A DNA stretch of 64,000 bases from Phoronis australis (lineage: Eukaryota; Animalia; Phoronida): NCBI GenBank assembly GCA_002633005.1, contig NMRA01000032.1, forward strand, positions 290,911 to 354,910. Direction: 5' to 3'. The notes beneath the pieces were generated by a model. That model was not told the DNA's origin, did not search any database, and worked only from the letters and a program-made list of their open reading frames with translations. Both the position numbers and the translations under genes were made by a program. Positions 1 to 12,200 of this stretch are shown here, one piece after another. Every line of letters starts with the position of its first letter. The stretch's first letter is position 1.

Positions 1-81
1 TAGATAATTGGTCTTTTTAGAGTAGAGATTTTGGAAAAATTTGGAATCTAGTTTAGTTTTCCACCATGGCACTGATCATAC

Positions 82-226
82 CTAAAGACTCCAATTCCTT
101 CTTCTTTTTGAGAGCCCACAAATCGTGTGCATTCTCTGCCAGTGTCTCAGCCAAGGAAAACATATCCCTGGTCAAGGTCAAACTCTTCAGGTCAGCTGGG
201 CGTGGGTTGAAGCCGCGGTTCACATC
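82..226 (-). CDS. RyR: RyR exon E58 (RyR repeat 4)
   Basis: ttttag|...|gtatga, 145 nt; [48 protein letters not shown]. Confidence 0.93.
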
Positions 227-3200
227 CTAAAATAAATTGAGACGAAGCACATCAAGAATTGAACAAATAATGAACAAATAATGAACAGAAGATAAACTCT
301 GCAATGTGACCTGTAACTGCAAAATTAAGTAGGATATAATTTGATTTTACTTTTTGGATAGGTAAGAACTTAAAAAAAATTTGAAACAACCATGTTCTTA
401 ACATTAAATGTGCAGCCAAACTCGAGTCAGAACTTTGGTGCCAAAACTGTTACCAGGGCTTGGAATGACCAATGACAAAAAACGCGGAAACGTATACGGC
501 CCAAATCATGCGCGCTACCCAGCCTTGAAATGGTCGATGTGAACCTTTCCCAGACAAAAATTGGGAGGACTGAAAAAAAAACCCTTACCACCATCAGTAG
601 CATGCGTCTGCGCCCTTTTAGCTCGTCCGTCCACTCCCAGCCCACGCATTTTTGGCTGCAGAGCTGCAGTATTTGTCGCCGCGGTTTACAACAACACGAG
701 ACACCATTGAAAATCCCACCACGCTATCCCAGATGCCCCGGCAATGTTGACAATTTACATTCCTCCGAAACATAAAGAGCAACTTCCGCTTTTCGAGGTG
801 AACGACGTCTGCAACGCCGCGGTAAGAAAGGAATTTGCCGCGGAACTTTTATATCAAATACGATTTTTTTTACGCGGAAATATAATAAAATGCGCGGACA
901 GAACATTTCAAAAAAGCGGAAATCCGCGTTTCCGCGGAAAATTCCAAGCTCTGTGTTACTCCAAAATTTTGGCAGCCTTAAAAAAAGAATTTTTGAGTTT
1001 TATGACGATTGCGGTGTCAATGTTCTGGATTAGATGAACAAAACACAGAATGTAACCTTACTGTATCTTGTAAGAGTAAATCAACAAATTTTCAACTCAA
1101 TTAAATATTCCTAAAGAGATCTAACCCCTATCCTTACCTGTTTCCTTCTAATACTGCCGGTGTGGTTTGCACGTGATCGGTCCTGGTCAAACTGCCAGCC
1201 TAGTGCAAGAATGGCTTTCAATGTCTCCTTGGCCGGTTCAATATATAAAAACTTCTCCTAGAAGATAAGCAGGTTGCAAGTACATAACCGAGCTAAGATA
1301 GTTAACAGTCAAGTGTATTGGACAATTCACATTCACCCTAGACATGCTTGAAACACCAACCAAATTGTACAGTAAAAATTCTCCAATTTGGACAGTTCTA
1401 AAATTTTGGACACCAAAATTCGGACTGAAGTTGAATTTTTTGATTCAGAAGATTGAGACATTGGCAATTATGACGTGCTGTATATTTCTCAAATATAAGA
1501 CACTACATTTTGTATCAACAAAGTCTGAAAATAAACTTTGCAATTGATATATTGTAGAACATAGTCACCGATGTAACATTTTCACATGTCTCCAGAGTGT
1601 GTAACATTGCCATGAATGATCCCTAAATTTTGTAATTGACTGTAATTCTTGAATTTGGCCCATTTCTAAACTTTTGTACAAGTTCTAAACTGAAAAAAAA
1701 TAATAATAGTTTATCATTGACTCAAACTCTGTACACAGCTTAACTCAAATAAAAAATGTGAGGAATAGGGTGTCTTCAGCCATCCTTATCTAGTTTTCTC
1801 AACAGTACTCTCCTTGTAAAAACTCATAATAACCTATAGGTATAAATATTAGGAATAATACGTATGTTCCACTTGAAAAAAAAATTACTATTTCTAATTT
1901 TTTTCTTGTGCAATAAAAACATTTTAACATTTTTGAGAGCCGAGTCCCGTTAACCCTGTCTCAGTGATGATGATATTAACCCTGCCTACATAACCCACAT
2001 AAAAGAAGGCGTTGAACCTTTTTTATTAACTTTTACTATCATTAACAGCTATACTGCAGTAAAAATGCTCCAGTTTGGAACAGTGAAAAATTAATAGTTT
2101 GCTCGAGGTCAGACCTTGTACTAAATTTTAGAAATAGGCAATCCTGGTTATCCCAAATTCAAGAATTGCAATCACTAACAAATGTTCACTAATCTCTGAG
2201 TCAACGTTACACATTATGAAGACGGATAAAAAGATTGCACTGGCAGCTATTTTCAGCCATTTTATGAACTGACAAATCTATTTTCAGACTTATCGTAATC
2301 CGCCAAGCCTGAGTATTCCATATTATCATCTTTTTTCTAACAATGGGTGAAAATCCTTCAATGCCCAAATTAAGCAACGCTTTACAAGAAAACATTACAA
2401 CACAAACCTGGTCTGTTAGACTTCCGAATGGCACCAAGTTGGGATGCAGTTTGTTTTCCTCATCAAACACTTGCCCGTGACTCCAACCTTGGTCCATCTG
2501 CAACAAAAACAATTAAACTAAAGCTTATTCAAAAAACTCATGACAACTGTGGGAAACTGACATGTTATGACTTGCTAGTTACTTCTGTGTGGCCAAACCA
2601 CCCTTCCTGGGGTGGAACTCTCCATTCTGACAAGCAATTAGGGATAAACGTACAGTTCTGCCATTCGAAATAAGACTTAGTTATTACTTGAATTTGGGCT
2701 TATGATACATTTTATAATTTTAGATGCCATTAGTTAACAGTTTAAACTGAGGTATATTTTCACATGCTTAATTCCGACCTGTTCTCTCCACTTATGAGTC
2801 ATTTAATATGAACAACCTGTGACGCAAAGAAGAATATTATAAGTTCCCAACCACACAGACCAGCAAGCAATAGACTTTGCCATCAATATCTGTGGAATGG
2901 GTGCCACCCCCTAACCATGAGACTTTAAGTCATTCTAACGGTCTAATGATAGGCTCCAAAATAGGCTACAAACCTTCTTAACAGCCCAAGAATCATGGCA
3001 GTGTTCAGAGAACTTGGAAAGGGTCTGATCCAGGTAGCCAGGCAGTTGAACGCTGTAAATTAAAAACAATGCTTAAGTTAAAGCGATGAGTGCACACAGC
3101 TACTTGCCTAAATCTATAACAAGATCTTCACATTTTGGACTCAAAAATCTTATCCAAGTAATTAGTCGCATTCTTTGATAAATGTTCAACTAACTGTACA

Positions 3201-6200
3201 AAATGAACAAAACAGTTTTCAATCAAAAACGGCAACTGCAAGCGATCACTCCGCTTAATTTTAATACACGAAACAATGTTATGAGAGTATGTCAATTACC
3301 GTATATACTAAAGCCTAAGTATGTAACTATAAGTGAAACACTTGAGGGAACCGAGGAGCAAGTTCCTGAAATACTATGCGAGTCAAACTTAATGACTTAT
3401 TATGCTACCAAATGACAGACGACAGCGTGTATTCAATTTATAAAGCAAAAAGTACAAAGAATGAACAAAAACATGTAAAAAAAAAACACCGCGAAAAGAG
3501 AAAGCAACCTATGCCTAAAAGCGTTTAAGGTTAATGGTATGCAGTGCCATCAAACAAATAACAATGTCACCAGAGCTGAACACATAACATTCTTCTTCGA
3601 ACACCTTTAAACGTCCACTTACTCAGTTGTATTGACAGGTCGTGGACTGTAGGTGGTGTCTGTTATCGTGCCAACCATCTGTTGCCAGCTGTCATCTTGG
3701 CCAGACAAGGAGTAGTCAGGTGACAGGGCACAGCCAATGGCAGACAAGCAAGGCAGGGCTTTGGAGAAAAGCTCCGGATCATAAGGCTAGAATAGATAAG
3801 TCTTTCAATATTACATAGAACGATAAGAAATGTGGGTACCAAATCAATTTTTTATCCTTCTTGTGCCATACTAGTCATTATTAACACATATTTTAAATAA
3901 AAGTATGTCATGATGTGAAGTCTTGAGAAAAATCATACCTTAATCTTATCGACACTTCATTAGCATGTTTTGTAAAATGATGATAATAAGATATTTTACA
4001 AATCACGGAAATAAAATTATAAGTTCAAACTAGCTATTTGACATCTGTGACCTTCAGCCCTTACTGAGTGAGAACACAGCCTGAAAAGTTGTTCGTTAAT
4101 GATGACATCATGTTTTGCACACAACACCAGGTGTCACTGAATGTCTTTAGCAGATAAGCCAGGAAAAGTGCAAATGAAACTTTATAGTAATCATTTAACG
4201 TTAAGGTCTGCACGAGTCACTTACTTTTTGAGCGAGTGCATCAAATATGCCGCTGAACAACATCATAGTAAGCCTCTTTTCCTCTTCACTGGCCGCGTTC
4301 AAACCTCCCAAGCCAATCACGTGATAGTACGAGCTGCAACGCTCATAATGAAAAGTCAAAACCTGCAGATACAATGGTAAACAATTAAAAAGTGGCTGAC
4401 AAGAAACAGATAAAATAATCCAGAGACACTACCTCGTAAATAGCAAATGAATTTACACAAATTTTCATAAAACAACACACACACGCGCGCGCGCTTGCGC
4501 GCAAACACGCTTTTAACGATAAGAAATCTAAAGAGGTCCATTCCTTCTTTAAACTATGATACATTATTGGTTTTACAGACGAAAAAAACGCATTTGAATA
4601 AGATAGACTTCTTGAAGTTATTAGCTTTGTCCAAAACTATAAAACAACAAAAATCCATATGTTTTACAATTTCATTACAAAATTGCAAATATTTATAAAA
4701 TATTCAGCCGTTTATCGCATGGGGCTTAACCCATAATGCTGCAACCACGGCAGGTAGCAGGTTCAATTATGCACCAAATCTTAAAATTTCAGAAAATCTT
4801 TTTTCTCGCCTTTAATGTTCTTTTAAAGCATTCAATAATGTACAGAAACACTGAGCATATGTTATCACACCACAGTTCACAAACATGCATTATTTCTGAT
4901 GTCTCTTAACGAGGCATTAAACCTATGCTTTTCGTCGAAAAAATAAGTTTCTATTTAGGTCACTTACCATTAGTTGTTCCTTTGTCAAAATAGTTGTGAT
5001 TCCTGGACTTGGAACAAACTGAGATTTCGTTATTTCTTCAACCAAAGTCATGAAACTTTAGCTTAGTTGGAAGAAATAACAGCCTGTCAGTTGATTCCGA
5101 CCCCAGCGACCACTTCAAAACTGAATAAAGAACACAACAACAGAACGCTAAGAGACCTTAATCAAAACTTAATTTTTGACAGAAAGCTTTAATGATGTAA
5201 CAGCACAGAAAGTTCACAATTAAAGGAATACACAAACAAGTTTGTGCCCACTTTTACTCCTTACAATTTAGCCAATATAACTACACATTATACAAATCAC
5301 ATCTCACCCTGAGTGGAACAACTGTATTTTCCGTTAGTGCAGGCACGTCATACACCAGTTTACGCAACAACTTTGTCATCATGGGAGGACGCATTTGGCT
5401 AAAAAGGAAAAAAGCATCGTTAGGGGTTGCAATTGTCTTCTAATGAATTGTTACTGGCACATCTTATAAATTTGCGTGAACATACTGGCAGTAGTTTGGC
5501 GACAGTGGATATAACTCGATGTGATAATGACTGCTCTGAAAACAAAGCCCCACAACAGTTCACACTCATATGGCAGACCAGTGAAATTTTGTTTTGTCGA
5601 ATTTCAAAACAAAATTAATTTTTCAGGAAATTTACTTGCTTTAGCCAATTTCTACATTATAGCTGTCGCCAACATTTGACAATAATTTTTTAGTGTTTGT
5701 AGCAATGGGGTTAACCCCTGAAAAATAGAAAAGGAAATTTAAAGTAACTGTTTTTGTCCCAAATTGAAGAATTTTTACCGCAGACATGCTGATCAGATAA
5801 CTTTATAGCACTGTTGTGGCAACTGATTGAGAGCTGCTCTTGGGATGAGGTGTACATGACGGTCAGTGTGGCGTGTACTTCAACCCAAATTCATCCTTGC
5901 ACTCTGTGATGTTTGACTTAAAAAATCTGATTAGTTTACCACAATTGTCCACTCACATGAAGTGCCACTTACTCACCATAACATAAACCAAAATCATAAT
6001 CAAAGTTCTTGGTTATTTCGTTATTAATAAATGGCTTACAGTTGTGATAAATTTCTTTTTATGAGTGCCCTTTAGTAGCTAAGCCAATTTAAAGACCACA
6101 AACAGAAGCTTGTTTCCTCACCCGGTCAGTGCGATGATAAAGTCGGACACTGTGCTTAACTGACCCTTTGTCAGACTTTTACACTTGGACAGTCGGTAGG

Positions 6201-9200
6201 CAGTGTTGAGGGTGGAATCCAGCAAGGCTGACATGTGGTCGGCATCAGCGAAGAAGTGGGCGTGGCTTGTAAGCAGTGGCAGGACCGAGTTGCACAGATA
6301 ACGATTAAGCGCCAGCGCCATGTCACTTTCTGAGGCACCACTTTGCTGCAACAAAAAAGTTGGCAATCCTTTCATCCAGCCATTGGCTGTTTTAATTTAA
6401 AGCGCGGCAATAAACTGCCTGCCACAACAAAAACCATCTTTTGACTTAGTAGACCACAGTTATGAAATTGGTGTCAAATCGTTCCTTAGACAAACTCCAG
6501 GTGATTTCAGGACTTTTACGGAACTAAGTTTGTTATTGGTTGAGACAAGGCTCTACCAGCTGCCCTTATCAAGGCGTGTCGTTTTATGAGACAAGCATAT
6601 CTATTTCTTTGTAAATCCATAAATCACTTCTCATCCGAGTAAGGAACAAAAAGAGAGACAAACCTTATAGCAATATTTGGTGTAAATCGAACTTCTTGCA
6701 CAGTATTTGGGTTTACAGCCACTTGAATTCAATTGCAATATCTGCACGAAGAGTGATGATACACTGTCCAGTGGCAGACTGGACAATGGAGTTTTATGAG
6801 TCAACAAAAAATTGATGAAAAACAACAAAAGGATTTTTTCTTTCACGATAAGTACAACAAATGTGTCTAACAAAAGGACTCGTATGATTTCAAATGCAGC
6901 ACAAGGAAGCAATACCACAGGTAGACACTTGCTCTGGGTAATCACTAGACTCCGTTTTGTGGAGTAGGGAAGTGAGATGACCAGATTTGATCTACCTGGG
7001 AATCATTGGGTTATACGGCACTGAGCACAGGCTTACGTGAGACAGAAGAACATTATATTACTCATACTATGTAGAATATTAGAAACTACGAATTGTGATA
7101 AAACGAAATATAAGGAATGTTAAAGATTTGGTAACTTGTGAGTTTTAGTCAACGAGAATTGCCTGGCATTAAAAAAATTTATCCTCTGGACATTTTCAAC
7201 TCACACTGTCGAGCGTAGCCGCAGCTCTCAAATCAGGCAAGAAGCCATCTTCCAGCAGTCTGAAGAATGTTTCCTGGTCAGGTACTCCGTAGACTCTCTC
7301 AAGGAATAGAACAATGGACGCCTTGTGCAGGGGAAGCAGACCCGGGGGTAAGATTTCACCACCACTACCACCATCTGCAAGTGGGGCAAATTCACCATTA
7401 AATATTATTTAAGTGTAAAATTATTTAATATAAGCTACACTGACTTTACATGCGTTTCCTCATTATCATGTTGTTCATTCCCTCAGTACACGTGACCCTA
7501 ACTGGCATTCTCCTACTGATCTAATAGTATGACGTATGATTTCCACCACATGGGGCTTCATAGGCTAAGGGCACCATGTGACTAGTACCCTAAAGCAGAC
7601 GTACTGTCATTTCACTTAAGCGCCACCTAGTAGTGAATTTCAAGCACCCGAATAACAGGTGCAGTGTGTAAATCTAGGCTAGAGCTGAATTACCTACCTT
7701 CGTCTACTGACGGCGGCTGTATTGGCAAAATGAACCTCAATCCAAGCACTCCTTCTAAATCTGACATAGAGACAAGACTCCTCAAGATGGCACGCGCTCG
7801 CACAGAGTCACTCTTCCCAATCTTAATCACGTCTGCTTCTGGTGCGCATCGACCAAGCAGGTCACAAAGACCAGCGTAGAAATTCAAGATGGCGCCTCCC
7901 ATGTCTATGTAGTCCTCGTCGTCGGTTGGTGGCAAGGAGGAGAAGTTGTACTTGCTGTTTGAATAAAAGAGGAAATGCAAATTAAGTCACGTGAATTTTA
8001 AGTTTGTAATTATACATCATGCAGTGATTAGGTAAACAGTCAAATCATAACCTGCTAGCCGTCACCCCCAAACCCATTCTGAGTCCATCTTGACAAATTG
8101 ATAAAACACGATGGGGACTGGCAGACACTAGAAATTTTGACGTAAATAAGCCCTGAATGCAACACCTTCCGCTAAACTTTTATAAAAATTGCACAATGCT
8201 CAGCCGGTTTCCACCTATAGTTTTAGTCCTAGTCGAGAACAGCCTGAGCAGTATTAACTTGCCGTGACAGGGCCCTAAGACATGGTATTCTGCATGCTAT
8301 CAAGTCACAAACTAATAACAATGAATTAATAACAATCAAAGCATTTAACAGTATCGCCCATTAAATAAACATACTAGATTAACCACCGACTAAAACTAGG
8401 TAGTAAAACTAACACACTCACCACTGGGGATCAGTAGAAAACATTATGTATTCATCATCACAGGCCAGGTTAATGGAACTAAACAGACAACATAAAGATG
8501 GGTCTAACAGCATGCCAACACACAGGACAGGAGTGAAGGATGTGCCCCGGGTTCATGGGAGTATCTTGCACACTGAGGTTCAGAATGTAAGTACCGGAAT
8601 CAGGACAGAATTTACTTGGTCAATGTTTTTATCAATACCTTGAACAGTGAAAAGAATGTGAACTATTGTCACGCTTGAACATCCTTCAATTTTGTCATAC
8701 TAGATGTGTAACAGCATTGTTACAAATCATCAGTGTTTTGCAACACTTAGAAATTGAGATTTAAAAAACCTCATGCTTTTACGCATTATTTCCATATTTT
8801 TTGTCTTTCTTTAATATCTAAAAGAAACGAGTATCGGTATCAAATTTGCAGTATCAATATCGATATCACTCTGTCTAGTATTTAACAAAAGACCAAGCGG
8901 TATTTTAGGCACACATGTGAGTACTTCATGTGGGGTAATAACCGGTGAGCTGGGGTCTACTAGCAGAAACTTAGAAACAAAATCAACAAATTTTACTCTA
9001 TTAGAATAACAACCATGATGGTACACAACAGATATTTAAATAAGAAATGATGAATGTGACAACATTTATAGGAATACTCAGAAAAAGTCAGCTGAGAATC
9101 GTACAGATCGTACCTTTCAGCAGGTTTGGTTTTTCTGGGTGAACAAAAAAGCTGGTATTACAACTATGCAGCCATCTCACAACAAAGTCATTCCTTACAC

Positions 9201-12200
9201 CAAGCAAAAACATGGCACAGGCAACACTACCGTCTGTCTAACAGGCATTATCTTCAACCAACAAAGACTCAACTCAGTTAAATGCATCATTTAACAGTAT
9301 CTAATTCAATAACATTAGATAAAAGATCAACATTGCTATGAACTTTGAAAACTTGTCAATCAAGGTATCAATTATTACTAATGACATTTTCAAAAATGTA
9401 CAAAATACACTTTTTAGACATAACTCCTCCCCTCAGACAGAGTACTTCAAAAATAAACTAAACCGTCTAAATGAATATATTTTGTTATTTCTTTGCTAAC
9501 AGGTTCATTAGCGAGAAAATTACGTCTTAATCACACTTTTTTTGCATTTCCACAGCACAGTTAGTGGTTTATAAACAATACACATCAATCATCATACCCC
9601 ACAGACACCCTTACCCGTACCTCTGCGTAAGATAATGGGGATCATCTTCCTCTGTTGCCGCCAAATAGGCCGACGTCTCTCCATCTTTGATGGCAGCAAT
9701 CTGCTTTGACATGCGAATACCAGCCTTCATAGCCTTCAGCAGGCCCCCGCCCTCACCACTCTCGCCCCTCAGTGCGGGGCCGAGGCACTCAGGGCGACGA
9801 ATTAGCAGTCTCACCACGAGGTTAGCATTCTCTTCAACACTCTCGCCTGAAACACGCAAAGGGATCACTATGCTGTACATATTGTACATTGAAAATATTT
9901 CAATATGACTAAGGGTAAATATTTAAAAATGATGTTCAGATTACAAAATGTAATTCAAAGTGTAGTCTAAAAAGTAATAACCCAGAAGACAATGAAGTGT
10001 GCAAAACGATGTTCACAGTTTCGTAAATGGTTGTATACACAACCAATTATCTTACACCAAATAGATTCCGAGTTTATACCACAAAAATCAAATTACGTAG
10101 CGTTTGAAAACTTTCCAAAACCCACAAATGAATGCTCTCCATTAAACACAGTTAACATATCATACCATTGACCCAGACACAAAATCTGAAAAAGTCTAGG
10201 TATCTCTCCCCCTCCACAGGGTCCCAGCCGATGTCCGGGTAGCCCTTAGCCAGTAACTCTGCGTTAGTGGTAAGTCCAGCCCTGGACAGATAGATGGCGA
10301 TCTTTTCCAGGTGAGACTCTCTCAAGGCGAGGGCCAGTTCATTGTTATCCATAAGGGACGAGTAAGCTACATCCAAAGGACACGAACCTCGAAGGGAGGG
10401 ACGGACTGGAAACATAGAAGCCATAGAGCTTGAAAATGACTCGTAAAAGAAGACTCAATTCAAGTGCCAATCTAATTCATTCATTATTGGTCCCAATGTG
10501 ACGTGTCTCAATAATCTCGTCAAACCCTGATGGAAACGAGAAAGATTGCTATCATGTTGCATGAAACAGTTTCCGTTACCAAGAAATTGGTATAGCACAT
10601 GGACAAAGCCAATAAGAACAGATTTTGCTACAAACTTTGAGTTGCAAAACATCTGCTTTAACGGAAATACTTTACTGTTCAGCTAAAGGTGCAAAGGTGA
10701 GTATAACTTTTGATACCCTAAGTACAGCAGCAGTCTTCAACAAGAAAATGACGAGTTTCGTAAATTTCATCTGGTTTCGCTAAAGATATGTCAAAAACCC
10801 AAAAGGAAAATTCAAATATCAGCCATTTTTGCTTTGAAATTTCATCAACTTACGAAGAGAAGAAATTCTGTCGACGTTTTAGGAACACTAAGCGTTACTT
10901 TTTCAAGGTTAATCAAAATTTGAAAGCACTGACTGGTAGTTGTATTCTAGACTGACTCTTGCAGAAGTTACCTAATAACATATTGCTGTTCTCCAGTAAA
11001 TAGGTCAGGTGATCAAACATGGCTTTTTGGTTGCGACGACTGGTGCGACAGAAATAACACAGGAATCGGCAGCACATGACTACCATGTCGGCAGCATCAC
11101 CGCTGGTCGTCTGCTCCGTTGACTGTTTGGAAGCAGCAGCTGAGATCAATGACTCTCTGAAAGAAGGTGAAAATGTTACACAAACAACATACAACATCAT
11201 GTGACCAGCATTATCATTTGCAATCTGCCATGTCACATGTTATATCAATTTTAAATAAACACATAACTTATGGTAATCGTAATTTCCTCCAAAAAAGTTT
11301 ACTTTGTATCAATCATACCTTCTGGCTGAAGAGGCAGTTACCTCCCCTGATGCCGCAGCATTGGCTGACTGTTGCTGTGCTTTGTTCAATGTGTTCACCA
11401 TCAGCTGCATCACTGTCTCGTGAACACACAGCGCCCTCATCAGGTCAGGATGTTGGAAGAACACTTTGTTGTCCATCAGATCTCTGTAAGAGATGGGTGT
11501 GTACATTAGCTACTTACAGGGAGGTCATGACAGGCATAGCAGGGGGGGGACAACTGCTAAAAGTCACACAAGATGTACACTAAATCATTATTTCACTACT
11601 ACAAAGCTAAATTTCAAGTTTCACAAACCACCAAATAAAGCGTTTTGTATGCTCAAGCAAATAGAAATTATAAGCACCATGCAAAGTCATTGTTTTGGTG
11701 GTTTTTGTAATTAATTTTTATGTCAAAAGGTATGATTGTTATCGAAGTTGTACTGTCCGATAATTAAGTGTCGAGGCAGTGCCCGTCCTTAACTAAGGCC
11801 TCACCTCAGGCTATTCTTGACCAATTCTTCTTCGTCGGCATCCACCTGAACTTTGAGCAGTGACCGAATCTTACACAAGGGTTTGAGCAATGCGTTGATA
11901 TCGTCGATGCTTTTAGGACTGACCACATAGGCTTTCTCAAGGGATTTCAGTAACTGGAAACACGACCTCGATTTCAAAATATTTTCCAAAGTTAAGAAAA
12001 TTAAACAATGAAGTCTAGAAACAGAACTTTTGATTCAACTTAATATATTCTTCAAGACATGACATGTGAAAAATAAATAATCTTTGTTGGAGAACAGCAC
12101 AAACTCAATTAAATTATGAAGAAATTATCCCCAACAAATATTATGAACTTGTAATACAAAAATTGCATGCTGAATAAGTTTTGTGATTTCTTAATAACTT

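Noticed and set aside
7688-7697. Second donor (GTAATT) 4 nt downstream of the E49 donor
   Set aside because: It would shift the frame relative to E50, and +4 GT overlaps are common in donors.
11336-11345. Internal donor GAG|GTAACT in E45
   Set aside because: It is phase 0 and incompatible with the phase-2 E46 acceptor unless a second, weak acceptor is also invoked.
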